Assembly (NCBI GenBank): GCA_030248215.1
Contig: JASANG010002922.1
Coordinates: 310,001-374,000 of the forward strand
Source: Enoplolaimus lenunculus
Taxonomy: Eukaryota
Length of the DNA: 64,000 bases
Reading direction: 5' to 3'
Shown here: positions 13,801-24,993 of the stretch, one piece after another
Layout: every line of letters begins with the position of its first letter
How positions within the stretch are numbered: position 1 is the first letter of the stretch
The notes under the pieces: model-generated
The model's input: the letters and a program-made list of their open reading frames with translations, nothing else
The model's database searches: none
What the model was told of the DNA's origin: nothing
Program-made: the position numbers and the translations under genes

Positions 13801-16800
13801 GCGACTACGTCAAAAAACCTATAGCGCAACCCTTACCGTGCACCAATACCGACATTAAAAATTCTTTTCGAAAACAAAAAACTTTACTATAATAGATTTT
13901 TGTGAATTTTTTTGCGGCAGACGCTAAATGTAAATATAGAATAATTGTAGAAATCTTTAAATTTCAAAATTCATTTGTAAACCTAAATTTAAACGAACCA
14001 GTTAAAATACAGGCGCTGGCCCATGTATAGAACAGAGACGGAACAGTAGTATAAGCATATTCCTAAGCCTAAGCGTAAACCTAAGCCTAAGCCTAAGCCT
14101 AAGCAAGAAAATTAGTCTAAATCTTAAACTGACTCTATTATAGCCCCTTCGGAAAACGATCCGGCCCTGTTCTATACATGGGCCGTGGCGCTGATCCAAA
14201 CTCCTGGATTAAAAATGCCGCTAGCTTAAATGTCTTGATGTTGTTTGTATGATAAAGTTGTTTATTTATACGTACTATCGCCAGTAAAGCTTGCCCGGTT
14301 ATGAAGTAGACCGTCCCCCGTGCCAGCTTGGCGCTGGTTCCCGATGTTTACTATTTCGACTGCAAGTAGAATTAAATATACAATAAAATAATCATTCAGA
14401 ATTGGATTTAATATTTTAAACTAAAAATACTTTTTGTTAAAAATGTTACAAATTTTGACCAATTTAATATATGAGGTTTGTAACATTGCATTGGCATATT
14501 CCTAAGCCTAAGCCTAAACCGAAGCTTAAGCCAAAGGCTTAGTGTAAAAAACAAGTACCTAAAGTCTAAGCCTAAGCAAAAAATAAGTGTAAACTTATCT
14601 GCCTAGAAAAATGGTCGGGTCATTATTTATATATCAGCCATTTTGCTAAACTGTAAGCACAAATTTTAACGTTTACTGTCAGTTGTTGGCCAGTTCAATG
14701 TACCTAAATGCCGTTAGTGTGTCATATTAAATATGTCCCATAGATAGACGAGGGCCGTATAAAATAGCAGTATATGCATAATCCTAAGAGTAAACCTAAT
14801 TCGAATCGCAATGATAAGCCTATAACTGAACCTAGGAATAAGCCTAAGCAAAAATAGTCTAAAGGTTGAGCTTACTCTGTTGCAGTCTCTTTAAAATACG
14901 ATTCGCCTCTCAGTTATACATCTGCGCACGAAATATAGAAAGTAAAATTTAAGACCATAGATTAATCTGTGTATTGCATGACATAGCATCAGTAGAGTTA
15001 GAATCAAAAACACGTGTTTTTTGCTTTGTTGTTAAAAAATTGTCCGTATTCTCAAATGTGTGTAGCAACTATCACCAGTTGTCTCAGTCGGTGACTAGTA
15101 GGGTACAACTAGAAGTGGAAAAAAACCGGAGCCGGTGACCAACAAATTATGCCGGAGCTGCGGCGGAAGTGAAGCAAAATTACGTGATAAAAACGTTTGA
15201 ATCAACCATATTTAAGTACAATCTGTATATATAAATCGTTACATGAAAATTGTTTTTACGCTTAATATTTGTCAAATTTCCGCAACTTTTCTATCCATAA
15301 TTGCCCTAAACTCACCAGCAAACTCACAATTTTTACAATTTTTTTTATGAAAATAGGAATCCTTTCACGACTATTAAAATTGCCGAAATTTTCACCAAAA
15401 ATTCTGCCAAGATGAACGTCGAACTCCGGTTGTACCTTGAAGACGAGCGTTGTAGCTTACAAAAACATTTTGACTGTAAAATTTAATCAATTTATTTTTA
15501 TACTTTAATAAATTAACCTACAATTTTCTACTATTTTTTCACATCAGAATGTATTATAATTCGCTTGTTTGAAAAAGTTATTTTAGTTAAATCAAGAGCG
15601 GATAATGACAAGTGTGTGCCACTCTTGTGGTCCCGCATGGTATCAAATGTACCACCGCGTGTTGTGTTTTTTGCCGACCTCCCTTGTTTATAAAGGGGGA
15701 CGGGTAGCTATCACATGAATACCCCTAAATCAAACTATAAGGGAAGCACGTTTGACGCCGCATACATAAAGCGCCATGGTTCGCACCGGTTGCACCCCCT
15801 CTAAATAAATGAGGGGTAGTGCAAAAACGCAACGCGTGCCGGGTACATTTTTTCTACACAGAATGTGCCCAGTTACACACTCTTGTTAAATAGCGATTAT
15901 CCACTCTTGCTTTAATTAATAGTAATTGCTGAACACGTTTGAAAATACAGCCGTACTTTATAAAAAGGTATTTTTAGCTTGAAATAATTGTTTTTGTTGC
16001 TTTTAAATAGGAAAATCTTCTTCAAAACGTCAAAATTTATGCCAAAAACTCGACGCTGTTTCTGACAATGGTAAGTCTTGTGATTTATTCAATTTGCCAG
16101 TAATTTCGCAATTGGATTCATTTTAATTATATTCTTGAACGCTGCTTCGAACGAATTTTATTTAAATGTTTGCATGAGCCAAACGAACGTTTGCTGGTTC
16201 ACAACAAGAATATAATGTCCGCGACAATGGTTGAGATCACGTCAACGGAAGTATTAAATGTCGGACTGTAGTGACCCGAATAAGAGGGGGGATTGATATT
16301 TATTTGGCCTCTCCGCAGGGAACCCCCTTCTTATTCGGTTCCGGACTGTTATTTATTTTTAACCCGCCCTCCGCCGCTTTTAGTTATGCTGATATATACG
16401 GTATTGCAACTATCCGTTGGATTAAACATTTATTTGTCCTGTCAATAGCTTGAATGCAAGGTTTTACTTCGGAATGCACTTTCAAAATTTAAGTAAGCTT
16501 TAAAGTTTCGCACTCAACTTTAATTGGTCCTGGATTCACTTTGCGCTACAATTAGGGATAATTGACATTTTTGGACTCTAGTTAGGGTTTAGGGACTCTA
16601 TCCGCTTATGAACCCTTAGGACTCCTATTGATTGGGACTCAAAATTGGGACCCCCTCTTATTCGGGTCACTACACTAGGTGAATTTGCTATTCAGGCTAA
16701 TAACTAATTACTGTTGGATAATTTACAATTTTTATGTAATTGGAGTATGTCTTAAGCCTATATGATTACACACGCTTCTAACAACCAATTACTGGGAGAA

Positions 16801-19800
16801 ATTACCTAATTGATATTTCGACGAGGATAAACTTAAACTGCTCCTTGATTAGCAAATAGGCCTACGACATTCATGAAACCTAAACGCAGTCTAACGTAAA
16901 CAACACAGTTCATTTTTTGACTTAAGGTGTGATGATTTGTCATTAAGGTTTAGACTTAGGCTCAAATTTAAGGTCAGGCAAAAGCTCACTCTCAAACTGA
17001 GGCTTTCGCTTAGACATGTCTTTTCAAAACCTAAGCCTAAGCCTAAGCCTATAAGCTTGAGACCAATCCTCAGCTTGTGGGGGTGGGATCTCACACTTTG
17101 CCGGCCATGTTTTAGCTGAAGTTTTCATTTAAATGCGGTTCATTCAAAACATTCCATCAAAAAACCCCCGTTCAGTCGTCAGAGTATTTTGTGCTTCGAC
17201 TATTAAACATGATTTCGTTCTCGCATCTCTTTCTAGATTACAAAGAAATGTTGGATTTTCAAACTTTTCGCTTGCAGAATGTTTGTTGTTTATTGATTAT
17301 TTTGCTTTTGAACGAGTGGCTTGCAAACGCTGCCTGCTGCGATTCTATTGCAAATTTCATAATTAAGCTGTGTTTTTTTCTAAATAATGCAATTTTCACA
17401 ATATCATTATAGTACACCAGGTGTGGGGAAATTGCATAATGACGCTAAAGCATACAATTTACAGCTTACTAAGCTGAACGTTGAATTTCTCAAGTTGAAA
17501 CTGAAAATTACTTCAACTTTCCAATCCAAAACGAAAAAGTTCACTTAAACGTAGCATCTTGTAAGTTTAAATTTCTGCTTAGAAAATGAAAAAAATTTAA
17601 GTTCTTTTAGCGATAACTGTTCTAATTTAGTCAAATATAACTAAATTCAAATACGTTCTAAAAATTGGAGTAAATTTTTGCATTGAAAATAACAACCCAT
17701 GTTATGTTCGCGTCCCGTTTTTGCATCGGACTCCACTATAGAGTAACCTCAAGTTTTAGACTACTTTTTGCTCTGGCTGTAGGTCCAGAAAAAGTTATAA
17801 ATTTAATGCTAGGGCTTGGACTTGGGCTTAGGACCCGGTTATGCTACAGTTACTCAGCTAACATAACCGGTTCCTAAGCCCAGGCCGACCCAAATACTAA
17901 CGATCAAATTTCCTTAATTATGGAAATGTGGTTGAAATATAAATTTCACAAATCTTGGATTAAATAACAACAAATTTGTGGTTTAAAAAAACGACGTCTT
18001 TATCAACCAACCTGTACAACTGAAATTGTGAACGAGTTTTGTTTGCGTGTATTTTGATCACTATCCGTTTCCATTCATTTTTACTATCCGTTAATACATC
18101 TGGATAAAAATAATTGCAGATTTGGAAGACGTTCTCACCGACGAAGCGATCGCTGATTTCATTTGGCAAAACTTGGAATCAACCGAATTTGTTGAAGTGC
18201 CGTCGCCAGTTGTTCTCGGCATCATTGTCGCGTACGCTTTGATCGGAGGCGGCCTATTTCATTTCAGTGAAGGCTGGACGTTTTTTGAAGCGTTTTATTT
18301 TGCTGTGATTAGTTTGTTGAAGATTGGATTTGGCGACTATACTCCGCTGAATCGATGGTAAACGTTTTGGGTTTCAGTTCGTCTACACTTTCCACCACTC
18401 CTTAGCGATTTGATTCAGGCTATAGGTTCAGGCTTGGACTGAGAGTTAATACGGCAGACTTTGTAGAGAACATTCTAGTCGGACTTGTATTCTAATTTAA
18501 GGGGTTTGGCAGAACGATGCAAAACGTTTATATGCCGCAGCTAAATGTTCTTTTAGAGCAAATTTGAATATTTTGTGTTGAATAAATATTTTCAGGACGC
18601 TTCCGATTGCAATTATTTACATTCTTGTCGGGCTTGTAATCACAACGATGGGAATTGATTTGGTTGGCGTTCGATATTTGGAACGTCTTCAACGAGTCGG
18701 GCGAAAGCTGCAGGACACTGACTATTTTGGATGGCTGATTGCGATACAAATGCGACGCAAGAAACGTGACGCAATGAAAGCGCTATTTCAAACGGTTACC
18801 GCTATTCATTATCTGCGAGTTGGTGAGTTGTGTCAAAAATAAAACGCTATTTTGAAATGGTTGTTCTTGATTGAAACAGTATTTTTCAAAACGTTTTTTG
18901 TAAACAAGGGAAGTAAAACGCGTTGCAGCGTTTGTCAAGATGCTATTTTAGCATCAAATAAATGTTAAAGAATAGTTTCTTGAAAACGGTGTATACCTTG
19001 GGTTTTCCACAGTCCTTTATGTACCAGGTTATGGCCAAATTAGACCGACTGGTGATTTATGCTGAATACCACGTCGCCGTCGCATTTGCTCTGTTGAATT
19101 TTTTTACCCTGGCCTGCAGCCAAATAACCTGGTTTGGAACTGGGTTAAAAATTTTCAGGATGGGCATACAAGGGTTTTCGATGACTTACAAGCAAGGTTT
19201 AAAATTTTCTAGAATGTCAAAATTGTTCCGAAGGTTGGGGCTGAGCCTACCCTGGCCGTCCTCTGGCTACGTGTTTGTGTTGACCCCGTCTAATACAGTG
19301 TTGAATAACATGTAACGGGCCCGTAGCCAAGATCAACCCCCCTGAAAATTTTGGCGCTCTAGAGAATTGTCAACCTTGCTTGTAACTCATTGAAAACCCT
19401 TGAATGCCCCTCCTGAATTTTAGCCTCCCCCTAGCAACGTGAGCTGGCTACCGGCCTGCTATGGAAGAGTTTTCTCAAAAGACCAAGTGTTAAAATTGCC
19501 GCTTCACACTGCGAATGATCAGGTAATACTTTTACTGGTTTCAAACATGCTAATGAGCTTAGTGAGCGGTTGGGACAACTGGGATCTGTCTCTGCATCAA
19601 GCTATAAAACAGACGTCATTTCAATTATAGATCGTTAAACCAAAGGGGTAATGTACCCACTCTAAAAAAGGCCAATTCACACAGGAACTGAAAGGAAAAA
19701 TTCTATAAAAAATCTGCTTAACTTAGAATTACTTGGCGAGGTTGTTTGGGAAATGTAAGAAACGCACTCCAGCTCACACGATTTCCCAGCGTATTCAAAT

Positions 19801-22800
19801 AGGTGTCTTGTAGTATCAAACTTACGGTATATACACTGCAAAAAATGGCGAGTCAAATTGACTCTCTCCGAAATAGGCTTTTCCTGACGACACAAACTGA
19901 GTTAAAATTCGACTCCGCCAAAGTCAAATTCGATTCAATTTGGCTCTAGCGGAGTCGAATTTTAACTCACTTTGTGTAGTCAGGAAAAGCCTATTGATGA
20001 GAGAGTCAGTTTGACTCACCATTTTTTGCAGTGTAGAGCCACTGTAGCGAAAAGTTTGCATGGCTGCGTGGCACAACGGTTAGAGCAGCGGACCGGTAAT
20101 CCGTACATCGTGTGGTTCGAGCCTCACCGCATCCGTAGCAAAATTTTCGTGAAAGGTTTTATACGGTAGTGCTTAACTTAGAACTGGAAGGGTAGTAGTT
20201 ATTAATATTTTCTCTCAGCACGGGAACAATTCACCTTGGCCACGTAGTTGAAGGAAACTTTAATTGATCTTTATTTGTGTCATAGCTGCATTATCATCAA
20301 GAAATATGGTCGAAGATGGTATGTTCTGTTTTACAAGAGTGTTTCTTTAGTGTATTTTACCTTGAGACCAAGACAGTTCCTTCATCTTTGATGTCTGCTT
20401 TCAAATTACTATAAACACCATTGTTTCATTTCAATTTTGGTGCTTTCTATATATTCTCCGCGACTTTGCGTACCCGTTTCTATATTGTGTGCATTCTTCA
20501 ACTAAATTCATGCCCGCAACTACGGGGGGTGGTGATGAGGGCGTTGCCCCAGCGCAGGAAAAGCTTTATCCTGCGTAGCCGAAATTTTTCAACTGCATTG
20601 AAAGAACTCTACGTTAGGAATTTTCTTCGCCCTCTCTGGCAATCTTCTTGTACCCTTTATTAAGAATCCGATATATATGACAGTGTTCCATCTTCAATTT
20701 TCTTTCTCGTACATCTTCAAACTTCTCCTTTTTTCTACGTATCGTTGATTTTATTCAATATTTCTTAGGTGTTCTACTCGAAGTTTGATTTTTGTTACCA
20801 TTTTTATATGTTTTCAGATTTTTCTAAAGATCACACTACGCTGGAAATTAGTCCGTTGACAGAAGAATGTTTAGGTGGTAAGTATACATGTATATACATA
20901 AATATATATAAATATATATATCAGCGATTTTTTCACTTTTCTCTTTAACCGGTAGACAAAATTTAATTTTAAATTGCGGTTAAATGTCAGGAATACTTGA
21001 AAGCAAAGGTTAGCAGGCAGGGTGTAAATGGAGAGCGAAAATAACGGAAACGGAAAACGGATATTGAAGTATATATAAATTTCGAATAGGTTTTATTTTT
21101 TCTCCCAACACAATTGAGAAATGTAACTGTTCACCGTGATTTCTAAAATTTTGAAGAAAAATGGATGATGCACCTAAATTTACAGGATTATGGAAGAATA
21201 TCGCAATTTTTGTTTCAGTTGAAACAATTGCACCAAATGTGTAATGAAACATTGCGAGAAATTTACGTAATTTATAACAACTAATTTTGAACGTAAAAAT
21301 AATAACGAGTATCTGGTATTTCTATAGACGGAAACGGATATTGATTTTTATTGGAAACGGAAACGGATATCCGGTTACACTCTGTTAGCAGGCGGTAGGT
21401 TCTTTATTTTGCTACAATTGTGAAACCGCTAAAACCGTTTAATAAGCATTTTAATTTGAAGCAACATTTTGCTGGAGTCTCGCGATTAATTTTAGCGTTT
21501 CTCCGCTGTACAAACCGAAGCTTCAAACATCGCTGTTCATAATGTACTCCATCCTCTTATTCTGATCACTGATCGGACGCTTTGCTACTACTACGCCCCA
21601 CATCTCGCCTCTCCAACTGGTTTTATCGTCGAAGATGTCAACACAAAAAAAGGAATCGACCTGGCTATAAATTATTTTGCCCGACATAATCTACGAGGTC
21701 ATTTGTGATATTTATTCAATTTCAGATCCTCCCAATCCTCCGGCAAACTTCCGAGTTGCCAACTCAGAAGCGTACTCAATGGTCCTGTCGTGGGATCCAA
21801 GTCCATCAGAAACAGACGAGGCACGAATACAATACGTCATACTGTATCGTGTCAAGTACGTGCATTCGCACGTCATTGGCTGGCTAACATTACATAGCTA
21901 CACAGGCTTGTCGTAGCCAGCTCACTTTGCTACGGGTGGTAAATATTTATCAGGAGGAGCATAGAAGGGTTTTCGATGACGTAAAGGTTTTTCGATGACT
22001 TACAAGCAAGGTTGAACACTTTATAGGGAGGCGGGGCAAAATTGTTCAAATGGAAAGGCTAAGCCCCACTGGCCACTTTAGGGCTACGGGACCATAGCTA
22101 CAAAATTAAATTTTTACACATGAATATTTTCTATTTCATCTGAAATCTGCTGTTAATCCAGGATTTGAACTCGGAGCTGCCGGGTTTGTGGCGTTTTTCA
22201 TCACCGCTCGAATAAAATACATTAAAGCTTGATTGTGAGGGGCTCTTACTTCTTGTGGATGTACTACGCATATGGGTGATGATTCTTAACCACGGCGTGC
22301 TGTGTACGATTTCGCGTAAACAGTTTGCGCTGAGTTGATCATAGTAGATTAATGCATAGAACCGGGTCGTTATTCCAATGCCTAAGCCTATGCCTAACTG
22401 TAAGCAAAAATAGTCTAAAACTTAAGCTTACTCTATTGCAGTCCTGCAGAAAAACGTTCCGCCTCTGGTCTTGGCATGTGCCATCGTAGTATTTACGCTA
22501 TTCAGGAAAGGCTTACATCACAAGTTGTAATGATGAAATTTGTCTTTCAGAAGCGCTCTCAAATCAAAATCAACCGCGTCGTCACCGTCGCTAGCACTTC
22601 GCCGAGCGCGCGGGTCGGACAGTAGCAATAGTCCTGGCTTGAGTAGCGTCTTAAGCGCGACCCCCCAGGCTCACTCTGGCACTGGTGCAACATTATCGAA
22701 ATATCATGAAACTCCGCTAATTTGTGGGACAACTTATCAAATTGAACAATTGAAATCGTTTACTTTGTACGAGTTTGTTCTGTTCGCTGAAAATCGACAC

Positions 22801-24993
22801 GGCCAACGCAGTAAAATTGGTTTATCCTTGCTCCAGTATACTGGTAAGCATTGAGCGAATACATTGGCGCAGCTGATTGGCCGTTTGGCAGACGGTCGCT
22901 TATTTTTTGAGGTCAGAAAATTTTGCTTACGACCCAAAACATACTAAAAAGAGATCCACGGAGAAAATAGTAGTAAGGTTCTACACTGCAAAAATGGTGA
23001 GTCAAATTGATTCTCTCCAAAATAGGATTTCCCTGACTACACAAACTGAGTCAAAACTCGACTCCGCCTGAGTCAAATTCAACTCAATTTGACTCTGGCG
23101 GAGTAGAATTTTGACTCAGATTCTGTAGTTAGAAAAAGCCTATTTCAGAGAGAGTCAATTTGACTCACCATTTTTTGCAGCGTACCGTACAAACTGCTAA
23201 AGTTGAGTAGATCAATAGCTGTGCCCCGGACCATATATACTGGCTGATATATTTGCAACAATAACGTTTTTCGTTGAGCGAAATATGCTGTAAAATGATT
23301 GTGCTTCGGTATTCCATTTTCTACTGGATGCTTGTGGAGGTCAAAATACAACAGTGAAAGAACATCCGTGATACGACCGAGAAGCCAAAAGACATTTTAT
23401 CATTAATTAAATTCTTGGCTCATGTATAGAACAGTGCCGGAACAGTATTATAAGCATATTTCTAAGCCTAAGCCTAGCGACTGAGAAGCCAAAAGAAATT
23501 TCAGCATTAATTAAAATCTTGATGCATAGTTAAAGTGTTTGATTTTGACAATCTAGACGACCCATGTATAAAACATGACTGGAAGAGTAGTATACGCATA
23601 TTCCTAAGCTTATGCCTTAGCCTAAGCCTAAACATTAGCCCCGTCGAACCCTCAAATCAAAATGCTTGCTACGCCTATGGGCAACATTTGGCTGGGTAAA
23701 TTGGTGAATTTTTTCAGAACCAGAAACCGTTCCACAAAATCTTCGCGTCGAAACGGCACAAGATGGCTCGTCTAAATTAGCCTGGGACGCACCGTATCGA
23801 AACAAAAACGTAACACAGGTAAAATACAATGATGAACGTTGCATCGTTTGCTTTTAACTGGAACAAGTGTTTTTTCGTTTCTAAACCGTCTATTGGAAGT
23901 TAGCAGCAAGGTTTTTGTGTCTTAAGGTAAATAATCCAATCACAGCCGTGCAAAATGAAGAGCACGACCAATAGAAGAAGGCGTATATTTCCGCAAAAAC
24001 CTTATACCCTCACGAAATGAAATTCTTGCAATGTTCCTGTAGCCGGACGACTGTTGCTTTGTTGAACCATATTTTCAAATGTGTGTAGCACCTATCATCA
24101 GATTTAGCAATAGGTTCTCAAGAGATCGAACAGAAGCAGCTATAAATGTTAAACTCGGCTAACAAATACGTCCGACGTGCCAAATTTTGATGCTCTCTAT
24201 TGGCTGGTTCAAAATTTACAGGACCTATCGTCAACTGGTTATAGGTGCTACATACCTTTGAGAATATGAGCGGTCATTTCAGCGGTATAGCGTCTACTAC
24301 ACCGCCCATCCAGACCAGCCGTTCGACAAATGGTCAAAGATACACGTTCAAGACGCTCACGAGCTATTGCTTAGCACGCTACCTAAAGGTCACCGCTATG
24401 CCATCAGCGTATCAGCAAGTCATAACCATGGCCTGGCGATGGTATCGAAGGCTCTTGAAGTTATTCTGCCCGCTGACACTTTAACTCTCGACCCGAACTT
24501 TGGCAGCAGCAACGTCATCGTGAGAAAATTGAGCGAATCGGTGTTGAGACGTTCGCCGAAAAAGATTGCGACCACATACGCGAGCGTGGGAAATTTGAAA
24601 GATCATAGAGAAGCCGACAAGGTGAGCGATCAAAGAAATGCCGACACAGAATCAAGTGGAGACGATTGTTTGAAGCGAAACTTGAAAGATCAAAGCAAAG
24701 CCGACACGGAGCAGTGTGCATCAAGTGGGCGCGGTTATTTCGTGGGAAACTTGAAAGATCAAAGGAACGCCGGCGCGGATCAATGCGCATCAAATGGTCA
24801 TGATTGCATTAGTAGAAAGCTGATTGAAGGCGGAGGGATAAAAGAGTCGCAAAGTTGTGCATATCAAATCGCAGCAGATCAGACGGGGCAAATTTGTAAT
24901 AAAACCATTGTTGGGCCATCAATAGTAGTGACTCGTGAAGCTCCTTCGTATCCATTATGCCCGAATGGCATTACTCGATCTACCAGCGGTTAG
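7816..24993 (+). CDS. Two-pore-domain K+ channel (K2P/TWK family) with two C-terminal fibronectin type III domains, ~874 aa, 15 exons
   Basis: Exons assembled by hand, all GT-AG and phase-consistent: 7816-7920 (first exon least certain), 9139-9267, 9832-9990, 10612-10714, 11848-11966, 12893-13049, 16011-16070, 18120-18357, 18596-18822, 20286-20318, 20818-20877, 21726-21855, 22551-22843, 23718-23818, 24283-24993 (2625 nt). Motifs: M1 IALPHVLLFVLCFVYLLFGALVFRQLE; P1 FFWTVSTLTSL|GYGQDAP; M2 FCIIYCIFGLPLVIVMIADLAKFL; M3/P2 YALIGGGLFHFSEGWTFFEAFYFAVISLLKIGFGDYTP; M4 YILVGLVITTMGIDLVG; then two FN3 domains. Confidence 0.9.
8283..8439. mobile_element. Family A MITE (subfamily with GTTA-type TIR)
   Basis: GGCCAATGTTA...TAACATGGGCC; imperfect 8-bp TSD TAAATTTT/GAAATTTG. 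Confidence 0.75.
9139..9267 (+). CDS. TWK exon encoding M1 helix
   Basis: tttacag acceptor, VFKIALPHVLLFVLCFVYLLFGALVFRQLETSE..., GAG|gta donor; typical TWK LPH...Y...GA.VF..LE motif. Confidence 0.9.
10612..11966 (+). CDS. TWK pore loop 1 and M2 (exons 10612-10714 and 11848-11966)
   Basis: ELYRSHE...FFWTVSTLTSL-G|gtaagt ... ttatag|GG TAC GGA gives GYGQDAPLTENSQIFCIIYCIFGLPL. Not shown in the ORF track in this frame. Confidence 0.9.
11289..11620. mobile_element. hAT-like MITE nested in a family F element
   Basis: CAGTGGCGGATCCA...TGGATCCGCCATTG; perfect 8-bp TSD GACTGGTA. Confidence 0.88.
13547..13617 (-). pseudogene. tRNA-derived sequence (pseudo-tRNA or SINE head)
   Basis: Reverse complement GACCACATCGTGCAGTGGTAACG...GGGTTCGATTCCCGGCGTGGTC: A/B boxes and acceptor stem present, anticodon stem broken. 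Confidence 0.65.
14018..14184. mobile_element. Family A MITE
   Basis: GGCCATGTATAGAACAG...CTGTTCTATACATGGGCC with a (GCCTAA)n core. Similar copies at ~4937-5088, 10302-10510, 11979-12160, 12403-12550, 14458-14640, 22350-22485, 23418-23640, 28370-28485, 29155-29302, 30378-30585, 34920-35103, 41080-41565, 42145-42352 and 42590-42666. Confidence 0.85.
18120..18822 (+). CDS. TWK M3, pore loop 2 and M4 (exons 18120-18357 and 18596-18822)
   Basis: EGWTFFEAFYFAVISLLKIGFGDYTP, then WTLPIAIIYILVGLVITTMGIDLVGVRYLERL; the phase-2 junction is consistent. Confidence 0.93.
19834..20033. mobile_element. Near-perfect palindromic TA-TSD MITE, family D
   Basis: TA|CACTGCAAAAAATGG ... CCATTTTTTGCAGTG|TA; almost wholly a hairpin. 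Copies at 2473-2670, 22984-23182 and 35153-35285. Confidence 0.9.
20062..20135 (+). pseudogene. tRNA-Thr-like sequence inside a ~253-bp repeat unit
   Basis: GGCTGCG..TGGCACAACGGTTAGAGC, anticodon arm GCGGA-CC-GGT-AA-TCCGT, GGTTCGAGCC, CGCATCC; stems contain mismatches. Confidence 0.65.
21018..21384. mobile_element. hAT-like MITE with AACGGA subterminal repeats
   Basis: CAGGGTGTAA...TTACACTCTG; perfect 8-bp TSD TTAGCAGG. Relatives at ~666-1753, ~15100-15440, 54121-54462, 54519-54840 (CCGTTTCC/CCATTTCC), ~56545-56930, 58916-59552 and ~61458-61770. Confidence 0.85.
21726..24993 (+). CDS. TWK C-terminal FN3-1, FN3-2 and repetitive tail (exons 21726-21855, 22551-22843, 23718-23818, 24283-24993)
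   Basis: FN3-1: PPNPPANFRV...MVLSWDPS...YVILYR...YQIEQLKSFTLYEFVLFAEN. FN3-2: PETVPQNLRV...KLAWDAP...YSVYYT...LPKGHRYAISVSA. Conserved FN3 W, Y and L..Y positions are present. Confidence 0.85.
21903..22094. mobile_element. hAT-like MITE (CGTAGCCAG family)
   Basis: CAGG..CGTAGCC ... GGCTACGGG; perfect 8-bp TSD TAGCTACA. Relatives at ~19130-19270, 19316-19458, 39544-39710 and ~40630-40748. Confidence 0.8.

Noticed and set aside
20062..20135. Functional tRNA-Thr(GGT) gene
   Set aside because: Stem mismatches, an anticodon atypical for eukaryotes, and a position inside a dispersed repeat; treated as a pseudo-tRNA.
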